Of a DNA stretch of 64,000 nt, positions 19,748-28,460 are shown piece by piece. Position 1 is the stretch's first letter, and every line of letters starts with the position of its first letter. The position numbers and the translations under genes are program-made. The stretch comes from Hyphococcus sp. (GTDB lineage Bacteria; Pseudomonadota; Alphaproteobacteria; Caulobacterales; Parvularculaceae), in assembly GCA_021776395.1 (NCBI GenBank), contig JAJFFZ010000076.1, positions 13,641 through 77,640 of the forward strand, in the 5' to 3' direction. A model generated the notes under the pieces. It saw nothing but the letters and a program-made list of their open reading frames with translations. It had not been told where the DNA came from and did no database searches.

Positions 19748-20674
19748 CTAATCCTTGGAAAAATAGTCTTCAGACTGATAGATGCCTGTGCGCTGTTTTT
19801 GCAGCTGCATCAAAACGTCGTTGGCCAGGCTGCTGGCGCCAAACCGGAACCATTCCGGCGACATCCACGCCTCGCCAAGGGTTTCGCGCAGCATCACAAG
19901 ATAATGGATCGCAAGCTTGGCCTTGGATATGCCGCCGGCCGGCTTCATCCCCACCATCCGGCCGGTGTCGTAATAATAATCCCGGATCGCCTGCAACATT
20001 ACCAAAGTCACCGGCATGGTCGCCGCCGGTTGAATCTTGCCAGTCGATGTTTTGATAAAGTCGGCGCCGGCCTGCATCGCCAACAGGCTCGCATGGCGCA
20101 CACGGTCCAGCGCGCCCAATTCGCCGGTCTCCAAAATCACCTTAAGATGCGCCTCGCCGCAGGCTTCTTTACAAGCGACAATTTCGTCGAACACCTCCTG
20201 GTATTTCCCCTCCAGGAATTTCCCGCGCGAAATCACCATATCGATCTCATCGGCGCCCAGCCCGACGGCGAGCTTGATTTCCTCAAGCTTTACGTCGCTC
20301 GGCGCCATGCCGCTCGGAAACGATGTCGCCACGGAGGCGACTTTAATGCCGCTGGCGCCAAGCGCCTTTTTCGCTTCCGCCACCATCATCGGGTACACAC
20401 ACACCGCCGCCACATGCGGGATGTCCGGCAGGCTATCGTGGAGGCGCATCGCCTTCTGGCACAGCTGGCGGACTTTGCCGGGCGTGTCCTGTCCCTCAAG
20501 GGTGGTCAGATCGATCTGGCTCAAAACCAGGTTGAGCGCCTCAACCTTTGAGGCCTTCTTTATACTACGCGCGCGAAAACGCGCCACGCGCTCGTCAACA
20601 CCGACCTGGTCGACGCGCGGCGCCTGGTCCGGTTTGGGCGCTATCATCGTTGCTGTATTTGCTATTTGAGCCAT
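19748..20674 (-). CDS. deoC: Deoxyribose-phosphate aldolase
   Basis: IDLTTLEG, AAVCVYP, GADEIDMV, LKVILETGEL, FIKTSTGK, KPAGGI and RFGASSL. Confidence 0.95.
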   Translation of the reverse strand: MAQIANTATMIAPKPDQAPRVDQVGVDERVARFRARSIKKASKVEALNLVLSQIDLTTLEGQDTPGKVRQLCQKAMRLHDSLPDIPHVAAVCVYPMMVAEAKKALGASGIKVASVATSFPSGMAPSDVKLEEIKLAVGLGADEIDMVISRGKFLEGKYQEVFDEIVACKEACGEAHLKVILETGELGALDRVRHASLLAMQAGADFIKTSTGKIQPAATMPVTLVMLQAIRDYYYDTGRMVGMKPAGGISKAKLAIHYLVMLRETLGEAWMSPEWFRFGASSLANDVLMQLQKQRTGIYQSEDYFSKD

Positions 20675-20950
20675 GGTTTATTGATATCATTATTCAGGTT
20701 GCGCCTACAAGTGCCGGTATCGGTAAGGCATAGTCAATCTGTCGAGATTTGCCGTCCCCAGGGGCTATTGGCAATGATTATTACCGGCCTAGACTTGCTG
20801 CATTGCCCGTTGCTACACGCGCTAATGGCGGTGCTGGAAAGTGTCCAAATTTATGGATTGAGGCGCCTGTCCATTTGGGGGTAAATACTTTACTGGCCTT
20901 GATGTTAATACGTATTTGAACATCAAGCCATCGCGTTAAAGCAGCAGCTA

Positions 20951-21526
20951 TTAAAATAGCTCAAGATCGTTACCCGCAGGCGGCGCCTCAGGCTCTATGA
21001 CTTCTTCAACAACCGGCGCCTCATCAATAGGAATAAGCAATTGCTGCACCCGGCCGGTACATGGCCAAAAATTGATGCGCCGCGCATTCTTGCCGCCGAG
21101 ACTTTCACTCACGCAGAGAATATCTTCCGTCGCCAGAAAGCTGCGGGCAAATTCAGCATTTTGTTGCCCGACATCCGACAGGCCGGACATTACAGAAGCG
21201 CCGCCAAAGAGTTTAGCAACGAGGCGTTTACGCTCTGCGCAACGCTTCAACAGCCCGTTGATCAAAAGCTCCATGGAGTAGGCGCCATGGCTGAGGCTGC
21301 GCTCATTGGCGCGGTTTTGACCGCCGGGCACCAGAAAATGATTCATGCCGCCGACACCGGCCTCCGGGTCATACATGCACACTGCAACGCAAGACCCCAG
21401 CAGTGTCGATAATACCGCATCTTCCAGGTTTGATACTTTGTATTGGCCCTGAAACACATTGAACTTGCGCGGCTCTCCCGACTTTGGGCGCTCTTCGTTG
21501 CGCGCAAGACTGGTAAATCTGCTCAT
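20951..21526 (-). CDS. cheD: Chemoreceptor glutamine deamidase
   Basis: [18 protein letters not shown] and AKLFGGA; ATGA overlap with cheB. Confidence 0.93.
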   Translation of the reverse strand: MSRFTSLARNEERPKSGEPRKFNVFQGQYKVSNLEDAVLSTLLGSCVAVCMYDPEAGVGGMNHFLVPGGQNRANERSLSHGAYSMELLINGLLKRCAERKRLVAKLFGGASVMSGLSDVGQQNAEFARSFLATEDILCVSESLGGKNARRINFWPCTGRVQQLLIPIDEAPVVEEVIEPEAPPAGNDLELF

Positions 21527-22563
21527 GCCGCAGCCTCGGCTTTGGCGTTGCGATCGCAAGCACGCATGATCGCAGAGGTTATCCGCGACAAAGGATATTG
21601 ACGCTGCACAGCCTTCATTTCAAACGCCACCCTCGGCATTCCATAAATTACGCTGGAAGCTTCATCTTGCCCGATTGTCACAGCGCCCGTTTCGCGAACA
21701 GCGAGAAGACCGGCGGCGCCATCGCCGCCCATACCGGTAAGAATAACGCCAACGGCGCGTCTGCCAATCTTCTCAGCGACGCTATTGAAAAGCACGTCAA
21801 CGGATGGTCTGTGACCGCTTACTAAATCATCTGCGCGGAGGCGGCAGGAAAAAGGCCCTGTTCCAGCTATGGAAAGATGCGTGGCGCCGCCCGGCGCCAG
21901 ATAGACGCGCCCCACTTCAAGCGGCGCGCCATCCACCGCCTCTTCAACCTTTGCGGCGCACAAAGTATCAAGCCGTTTGGCAAAACTGACGGTAAACAAT
22001 GCCGGCATGTGTTGAACGATAACCGTTGGCGGGCAATTTTCCGGAAACCCCGACAAGACATCCGTCAACGCCTCAACGCCGCCGGTTGAGGCGCCGATGG
22101 CGATGATTTTCTCATTTGGTTCGAACGTATCCGGGCAGGCCTTAACTGCCCCCCCCTCACCCAATGGCCTAACTTTGGCTCTCGATGCAACCTTTACCAG
22201 CCCGGGCAGCTTCGCAAAGACTTCGCGGGCGTTTCCGCGATCAGGCTTACCCAAGCAATCGATAGCGCCGAGGCTCATTGCTTTGATCGCCGCATCGGCG
22301 CCTTTATGGGTTAGCGTAGACACCATGATAACCGGCGTCGGCCGCAGGCGCATGATCTTTTCGAGAAACTCAATCCCATTCATGCGCGGCATCTCAACAT
22401 CAAGGGTGATGACATCGGGGTTAAGCGACTTTATCGCTTGGCGCGCCTCGTAAGGATCGCCAGCGGTTCCGACAACGTCAATATCAAGGTCCTGGTCTAG
22501 TGCGCGTGAAATCAAACCGCGCATTATCGGCGAATCATCAACAACGAGAACACGAATGGACAT
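21523..22563 (-). CDS. cheB: Chemotaxis methylesterase response regulator
   Basis: Receiver domain plus GASTGG, VQHMP, HRPSVD and LTGMGGDGA. Confidence 0.96.
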   Translation of the reverse strand: MSIRVLVVDDSPIMRGLISRALDQDLDIDVVGTAGDPYEARQAIKSLNPDVITLDVEMPRMNGIEFLEKIMRLRPTPVIMVSTLTHKGADAAIKAMSLGAIDCLGKPDRGNAREVFAKLPGLVKVASRAKVRPLGEGGAVKACPDTFEPNEKIIAIGASTGGVEALTDVLSGFPENCPPTVIVQHMPALFTVSFAKRLDTLCAAKVEEAVDGAPLEVGRVYLAPGGATHLSIAGTGPFSCRLRADDLVSGHRPSVDVLFNSVAEKIGRRAVGVILTGMGGDGAAGLLAVRETGAVTIGQDEASSVIYGMPRVAFEMKAVQRQYPLSRITSAIMRACDRNAKAEAAA

Positions 22564-22602
22564 ATATACTACCGGCTGCTTCTGACAGGCATGAAAATTA
22601 AT

Positions 22603-22647
22603 GAGGCAAGCGGCGCGCCTTCATTGAGAAAGAGCGCCGCTTGCCTC
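22603..22647 (-). terminator. 14-bp stem-loop between mcp and cheB (terminator or mRNA stabiliser)
   Basis: GAGGCAAGCGGCGC (22603-22616) and GCGCCGCTTGCCTC (22634-22647) form a perfect inverted repeat; AUUAAUUUUC follows on the minus strand. Confidence 0.65.
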
Positions 22648-22658
22648 GCGCTATTGAA

Positions 22659-25600
22659 TTAAAAATCTTGCCAGTCTTCCTGACTGCCTTCAGGCTCGAC
22701 ATACAACGCCGCCGACCCGTTGGTCGCAGAAGCAAAAGACGCAGCACGGTCTTGTTGTGCGGCTACCGTCTGATTGGACTTGGCGCCGTTGGCGCCGGGT
22801 TTTTTATTGCGCGAAGCCGGCGCCCCAGAACCGCTTGATTTATCATCGCCAATTTTGAAGTGAGCAACCTGGCTCATGAGCTCATCTGAATCATTGGCCA
22901 GGGAATGACTGGCGGCAGTGGTTTGCTCAACCATGGACGCATTTTGCTGCGTCACCTGGTCCATTTTATTGACCGCGGTATTGACCTCCGAAAGGCTCAC
23001 CGACTGTTCTTTTGCAGAGGCGGCAATTTCGGAAACAAGCGTGCTGACACTCTCCACACGTTCGACAATTCCACCCAGGGCAGTACCTGCGCGCCCGACA
23101 AGTTCAACGCCAGTTTCAACCTGTTGCGAACTCGATGTGATTAAGCCCTTAATCTCTTTGGCGGCGTCGGACGACCTTTGCGCAAGGGCGCGTACTTCTT
23201 GCGCGACAACGGCAAAGCCTCGACCAGCATCGCCAGCTCTTGCAGCCTCAACGCCGGCGTTGAGCGCCAACAGGTTGGTCTGGAAGGCAATATCGTCGAT
23301 AACGCCAATGATTTGCGAGATTTGAACGGATGATTTTTCGATCTCACCCATCGCCTCAACCGTCTCCTTGACAATTTCTCCGCTTGTTTGGGCTTCTTTG
23401 CGAGTGTCCGTTGCAACAGAGTTCGCTTCGTTTGCGCCTTCCGCCGTTTGTTTCACCGTCGCCGTAATTTCATCCAACGCAGCGGCGGTTTGCTCCAACG
23501 TCGCAGCCTGGTTTTCTGTCCGTTTTGACAGATCATCCGCAGCGGTGCTGATTTCTCCGGAGCCATGACGAATACCCTCCACTGTGGTGACAATCGTTCC
23601 CATAGTGTCTTTTAGTTTCGAGACCGCACCATTGAAGTCATTACGAAGCTGTTCGTATTCAGCCGTAAATGGCGTATCGATGTTGTCAGTGAGATCGCCA
23701 TCGGAAAGTTTGCGTAATCCGTTGGCCAGCGAGTCCACAACCAACTGCTGCGCTTTCGCCTTCTCACGACGCTCTTCTTCATCCTTGTGACGCTGATTAA
23801 CAACATCGGTGATGTCGGAGGCAAATTTTACCACTTTGAAAGGCTTGCCGCTGCCGTCCAGGATCGGATTGTACGATGCTTGAATCCAGACATCCGAGCC
23901 ATTTCTGTGTATGCGTTTATACTCGCCCGACTGAAACTCTCCGCGTTTCAGTGCTTCCCAGAAAGCACGATAGTCGGGGCTGTTTTTATACTCTTGATCA
24001 ACAAAGATGCTGTGATGCTTGTCTTTGATTTCCTCGGCGCTATAACCTAATGCACTTAGGAAATTCTCATTGGCGCCAGCAACCTTGCCATCAAGCGAGA
24101 ACTCAATTGTCGCTTGCGCGCGGTCAAGGGCGGCGAGCATACCGGCATTTAACCGATCTGCCGTCACATCAGACCACTCAAGAACATTGCCGACGTAATC
24201 GCTATTTGCATCGAATACGCCGTTGACGCTCAACGAGAACCTGAAATCACCAATCGCAATGTCGGTCTGATATGGCAGGCGAGAAGGATCGGATAACAAT
24301 TGACGTTGATGCGCCGGGTTTTTATGGAATATATCAATGCACGATCCAATAATTTGATCCGCATTAAAGTTCGGCCAAAACTCGCGGAAAACATCCGCAT
24401 TTTCTGACAGAAGTTTTGTAGTAGCGTCATTGACATAAGTGACCATGAAGTCGCGGTCGATCATCATCATCGCAACGGACGAACCAGCAAACGCCGCACT
24501 TTTGAAGGTCGCTTCACGCGCAGCCTCTTCAGCTTCGGTTATGTCCGTAGCAAATTTTACAACTTTGAACGGTTTGCCGGCGGCATCCAGAATTGGGTTG
24601 TAGCTCGCCCGAAGCCAAAGTTCTTTGTCGCCTTTACCAACACGCTTAAATTTCCCGGCGCTGAAATCACCACGACGCAGGCCGTCCCATAACGCCTTAT
24701 AGTCAGCGCTTTTCTTATATTCTGCATCGACAAACATCGAGTGATTTTGTCCCTTAATCTCATCAAGGGAATACCCAACGGTGTTGAGAAAATTCTCATT
24801 GGCGGTAACAATCGTCCCGTCCATATTGAATTCAATTGTCGCTTGCGAAACCGAAAGCGCATCCAACATACCGGAATTGAGGCGCTCAACCGTCACATCC
24901 GCCCATTCCAGCGTGGTGCCGATATAGTTTTGATCGGCATCAAAGACGCCGCTCACGTTCAGCGAGAACTTGATATCTCCAACCGTGATCTCGGTATGAT
25001 AAGGAAGACGGGACGGGTCCGACAGAAGCTGGCGCTGATGCGCCGGGTTCTTATGGAACATGTCGATGCACGCGCCGACAATATTATCAGCGTTAAAGCT
25101 AGGCCAGACCTCGCGGAACGCATCCGCATTCGCCGCCAAAAGCTGCTTGGTCGCCTCATTCACATAAGTAACGATGAAGTCGCGATCAATCATCATCATC
25201 GCAACCGATGAGCCGCTAAATGCAGAGCTTTTGAAGAGCGCTTCATGCGCCGCCTCTTCAGTTTCGGTGATGTCGGATGCAAACTTTACAACTTTAAACG
25301 GCTTGCCGCTCTCATCGAGAATAGGGTTGTAACTTGCCCGAAGCCATATCTCTTTTCCGCCCTTGCCAATACGTTTAAATTTACCCGCGTTGAAATCACC
25401 GCGGCGCAAACCGTCCCAAAAAGCTTTATATTGAGGGCTCGCTTTGTAGTCCGCCTCAACAAATATGGAATGATTCTGGCCCTTAATCTCATCCAGGGAA
25501 TAACCAATCGTGTTTAGGAAATTCTCGTTGGCGACCAAAACCTTTCCATCGAGATCAAACTCAATCGTTGCTTGCGAAAGTTCAATCGCATCGAGTTTTG

Positions 25601-25955
25601 CTTTGCCTTCTGAAAGAGTTTCGCGAGCATTTTTTACTTCTTCGCGCTCTAGCGTCACCCTTTTAAAGACCGCAGAAATCTCGTCGAATATATCCGTAGT
25701 TTTTGCATCGTCAGCCGAAGTCGAACCATCGGCCTGCCGAATTGCCTTTGCCCGTTTTGACAGGTTTGAGATTTTTGCTAAAAGTGGGCGCGCAAAATAA
25801 TAAGAAAGAAATATACTTGTCAGCGTCATTGTGAGTGTTGCAAGCACGGGTAAAAGAATACCATTCCAGCCAATTGTCGCGCCGTAAAGCGGGTTTAACA
25901 ATAGAAACAAAATCGGCGGGGCGGCGATAAGCGCAAATTGGCGTTTGAGGTTCAT
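22659..25955 (-). CDS. Methyl-accepting chemotaxis protein with five PAS domains and a C-terminal pentapeptide
   Basis: N-terminal hydrophobic segments, repeated PAS units, HAMP-like linker, IAFQTNLLALNAGVEAARAG signalling hairpin and C-terminal DWQDF. Confidence 0.95.
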   Translation of the reverse strand: MNLKRQFALIAAPPILFLLLNPLYGATIGWNGILLPVLATLTMTLTSIFLSYYFARPLLAKISNLSKRAKAIRQADGSTSADDAKTTDIFDEISAVFKRVTLEREEVKNARETLSEGKAKLDAIELSQATIEFDLDGKVLVANENFLNTIGYSLDEIKGQNHSIFVEADYKASPQYKAFWDGLRRGDFNAGKFKRIGKGGKEIWLRASYNPILDESGKPFKVVKFASDITETEEAAHEALFKSSAFSGSSVAMMMIDRDFIVTYVNEATKQLLAANADAFREVWPSFNADNIVGACIDMFHKNPAHQRQLLSDPSRLPYHTEITVGDIKFSLNVSGVFDADQNYIGTTLEWADVTVERLNSGMLDALSVSQATIEFNMDGTIVTANENFLNTVGYSLDEIKGQNHSMFVDAEYKKSADYKALWDGLRRGDFSAGKFKRVGKGDKELWLRASYNPILDAAGKPFKVVKFATDITEAEEAAREATFKSAAFAGSSVAMMMIDRDFMVTYVNDATTKLLSENADVFREFWPNFNADQIIGSCIDIFHKNPAHQRQLLSDPSRLPYQTDIAIGDFRFSLSVNGVFDANSDYVGNVLEWSDVTADRLNAGMLAALDRAQATIEFSLDGKVAGANENFLSALGYSAEEIKDKHHSIFVDQEYKNSPDYRAFWEALKRGEFQSGEYKRIHRNGSDVWIQASYNPILDGSGKPFKVVKFASDITDVVNQRHKDEEERREKAKAQQLVVDSLANGLRKLSDGDLTDNIDTPFTAEYEQLRNDFNGAVSKLKDTMGTIVTTVEGIRHGSGEISTAADDLSKRTENQAATLEQTAAALDEITATVKQTAEGANEANSVATDTRKEAQTSGEIVKETVEAMGEIEKSSVQISQIIGVIDDIAFQTNLLALNAGVEAARAGDAGRGFAVVAQEVRALAQRSSDAAKEIKGLITSSSQQVETGVELVGRAGTALGGIVERVESVSTLVSEIAASAKEQSVSLSEVNTAVNKMDQVTQQNASMVEQTTAASHSLANDSDELMSQVAHFKIGDDKSSGSGAPASRNKKPGANGAKSNQTVAAQQDRAASFASATNGSAALYVEPEGSQEDWQDF
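23810..25595 (-). repeat. Intragenic 729-bp (243-aa) tandem duplication, 2.5 copies (PAS A-B-A-B-A)
   Basis: The FHKNPAHQRQLLSDPSRLPY His codons at 25053-25055 and 24324-24326 are 729 nt apart; QATIEF...ASYNPILD..GKPFKVVKF occurs three times. Confidence 0.9.
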
Positions 25956-26010
25956 TTTGGGTTTCTCCTTCAGGGGACGGACAATTTCATGAACGACGCT
26001 ACACCATATT

Positions 26011-26027
26011 GGTTAATTGGGGTTTAC
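26011..26027 (-). promoter_or_regulatory. Candidate CtrA box upstream of the MCP gene
   Basis: Minus strand reads GTAA-ACCCCAA-TTAACC, one mismatch to TTAA-N7-TTAAC. Confidence 0.5.
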
Positions 26028-26195
26028 TACGCGCATGGTTCATCAAACCATAAGAGATTGCACGAATGAGACGGCCATAAGCCCATGACGCCAAAGCATT
26101 TAAGCGCCAGACGTTGCTCTATAAAACATTGTTTCCGAAAGGAATTTAATCTGACTGCGTACTTTATAGGCAGCTTATAATATCAAATTCCAGCT

Positions 26196-26630
26196 CTAAA
26201 GAAAAAGGCAATCCCCAACGGCAGCTGGTGCATGTTCTTTAGGCGAATTATCTTGTTCTCCACGTAGGCGCGACGCCAACTCACTCATAATTAGGTTATC
26301 CGCCGCATGCGTTGCATCAATACACCACTCCGGGTGCACTTGCAGGACCACAGATTTAAGAAACCTGGCAAGATCATGAATAATTTGCGACACGCGGTCG
26401 ATATCTTGAACTTGATAGACATCGCTGGGCAAATCATCACCGCCGCTAATGAGCAGCTCGCCAATCTGACCTTGTAAGCGATCGCTTGTCACTGCAAGCC
26501 TGTCCAGCTCTTGCTGGACAAAATCTAGCAACAGGGCAAGCTGCGCATCTGGACCGGATTTATCCGTATCTTTTTCGACGGCTAACATTGGGACGGCTAC
26601 TCTACTGTTACTGTACAAAATTGCGACCAA
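26196..26630 (-). CDS. Chemotaxis-associated protein, probable CheT/CheZ-like phosphatase
   Basis: Helical 144-aa protein directly after cheY; QDIDRVSQ contains the DxxxQ phosphatase motif. Confidence 0.55.
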   Translation of the reverse strand: MVAILYSNSRVAVPMLAVEKDTDKSGPDAQLALLLDFVQQELDRLAVTSDRLQGQIGELLISGGDDLPSDVYQVQDIDRVSQIIHDLARFLKSVVLQVHPEWCIDATHAADNLIMSELASRLRGEQDNSPKEHAPAAVGDCLFL

Positions 26631-26639
26631 GCCAGACCG

Positions 26640-27029
26640 TTAGTCCAAACGGCCAAATACTTCCTTTATGCAACGTTCCAAATCCGTCGGGTTAAAGGGC
26701 TTTTTCAGGTAATTATTCATACCGAGCTTACGCCCTTTATCGACCAATGTTTGGTCAGGGCTCCCGGAGACGAGAATAAACCCGATCTTCTCCGTCTTGG
26801 AGTTGCCGCGTAATGCTTTCAACAATTCCAGTCCATTCATATTCGGCATGTTGTAATCTGAGACAACCAGGTGCACCGGGCTTTTCTTGATTGCGCTGAG
26901 CGCATCCGCCCCGTTCTTGGCTGCACTGACATTGCTAATGCCGAGCTTGTCAAAACAATCATAGATTAAACTACGGCTCGTAGACATATCGTCAACGACC
27001 ATCACTCTCAATTTATCTTTTAACGCCAC
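26640..27029 (-). CDS. cheY: Chemotaxis response regulator CheY (second copy)
   Basis: VVDDMSTSR, SDYNMP and KKPF in a single receiver domain. Confidence 0.92.
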   Translation of the reverse strand: MALKDKLRVMVVDDMSTSRSLIYDCFDKLGISNVSAAKNGADALSAIKKSPVHLVVSDYNMPNMNGLELLKALRGNSKTEKIGFILVSGSPDQTLVDKGRKLGMNNYLKKPFNPTDLERCIKEVFGRLD

Positions 27030-27095
27030 GGTTTTGTCCCCTTACTTAGAAACATACTCTGAATTTCGGGTTGATAGGAAAAATAGTAATCGCAC

Positions 27096-27986
27096 TCATC
27101 GCTCGCCGCCTGTTTTGTCTCGGTAAGCGGTCATTCCTTCGGAACTAAACGCCGCCGCAGCCGGTCCGGTTACGCGCTCTGAATGACCGATAAACAACCA
27201 CCCGCCAGGCGTAAGCACATTGTAATATTTTTGCCAAAGCTCTTGTTGCGTGTCTTCTTCAAAATAAATCACAACATTGCGGCAAAATACAAAATCGAAG
27301 GGCCCTTTTACCGGCCATGGCCTTATCAGGTTCAGCGGTCGGAACGTAATAAGTTTTTTAACAGTGTCGTTGACGCACAATTCTTCACCTGCGCTGCCAA
27401 CTTTATTAAAATATTTTTTCTGTAAATTCGTCGGAACAGGCTCAACATTGGATGTCCTGTAAACACCGTTTTGCGCTCTGTCGAGAATATTTTTATCAAT
27501 ATCAGTCGCCAGGATTTTAATATCGTATGACGCTGCGTCCGGCAAAAGAGACAACAGCGTTAATGCGATGGAATAGGGCTCTTCGCCGCTGGAGCAGGCC
27601 GATGACCAGATGCGCACACGGCCCCCGCGCTTGGCTTGCGCCAGCAATGGCGGCAACACACTGGACTTTAGGATGTCAAAATGATGCGGCTCACGAAAAA
27701 ATCGCGTCACATTGGTTGTCAGCGCATTCAACATATTGTTGCGCTCTTCAGCGCCGTCGTCGCTTTTCACAAATGCACAATATTCGCGGAATGTTTTTAT
27801 GTCTTTCGCGCGCAACCGCTTCGCCAGCCGAGAGTAAACCAACGACACCTTTGATTCAGTCAGAGAAATGCCAGATGCATCTTTTATCAGCGTAGCAATC
27901 TGCTGAAAATCGTCCGCCGTAAATAGATACTCGCCGGGCGTGATCGCTTCTGTTTTGTTAGGTCGTTGCGCTGAGGCTTGCATCAC
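27096..27986 (-). CDS. cheR: Chemotaxis methyltransferase
   Basis: LTTNVTRFFREPHHF, WSSACSSGEEPYS, FCRNVVIYF and GHSE. Confidence 0.96.
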   Translation of the reverse strand: MMQASAQRPNKTEAITPGEYLFTADDFQQIATLIKDASGISLTESKVSLVYSRLAKRLRAKDIKTFREYCAFVKSDDGAEERNNMLNALTTNVTRFFREPHHFDILKSSVLPPLLAQAKRGGRVRIWSSACSSGEEPYSIALTLLSLLPDAASYDIKILATDIDKNILDRAQNGVYRTSNVEPVPTNLQKKYFNKVGSAGEELCVNDTVKKLITFRPLNLIRPWPVKGPFDFVFCRNVVIYFEEDTQQELWQKYYNVLTPGGWLFIGHSERVTGPAAAAFSSEGMTAYRDKTGGER

Positions 27987-28456
27987 GCGGCAATCCCTTC
28001 AATCGTGTCTCTCGGCAGGACGGTGCTGAGATCGAGTAAATTGATCATTCTTTCTTCCATCGCCAACACGCCTTCAACGAAGCCTCTCGCGGCCTCGGAA
28101 GACACATCCGGCGTTGGTTGTATTTTTTCCTTCAGGATAGTCAAAATGTCCGATACGGCGTCGACGACCAGCCCCACTGCTTGCTCGCCGATCTGCATGA
28201 TAATGATCACATGTCGCGCAGATGGTTTTGTCTGTTCAAGGCCGAGGCGGGACGCAAGATCGATAACCGGGACAACCGATCCCCGCAAGTTAATCACGCC
28301 GCGCACGAATGGCGGCGTCAACGGCAGCGAGGTTTCTTTTGTCCAGCCGCGAATTTCCCGTACGGACATAATGTGCACGCAATATTCCTGATCGCCGACA
28401 CAAAATGCGACCAATTCCAACGCCTCGTCGTGATTCTTTGTTTCTGTTTCTGACAT
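27983..28456 (-). CDS. cheW: Chemotaxis coupling protein
   Basis: IMSVREIRGW, GVINLRGSVVPVIDL and GLVVDAVSDI. Confidence 0.96.
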   Translation of the reverse strand: MSETETKNHDEALELVAFCVGDQEYCVHIMSVREIRGWTKETSLPLTPPFVRGVINLRGSVVPVIDLASRLGLEQTKPSARHVIIIMQIGEQAVGLVVDAVSDILTILKEKIQPTPDVSSEAARGFVEGVLAMEERMINLLDLSTVLPRDTIEGIAA

Positions 28457-28460
28457 GGTA

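Noticed and set aside
19730-20551. 273-aa plus-strand ORF
   Set aside because: Antisense shadow of deoC with no recognisable motifs; the same applies to 11394-12092, 28648-29298 and 53501-54208.
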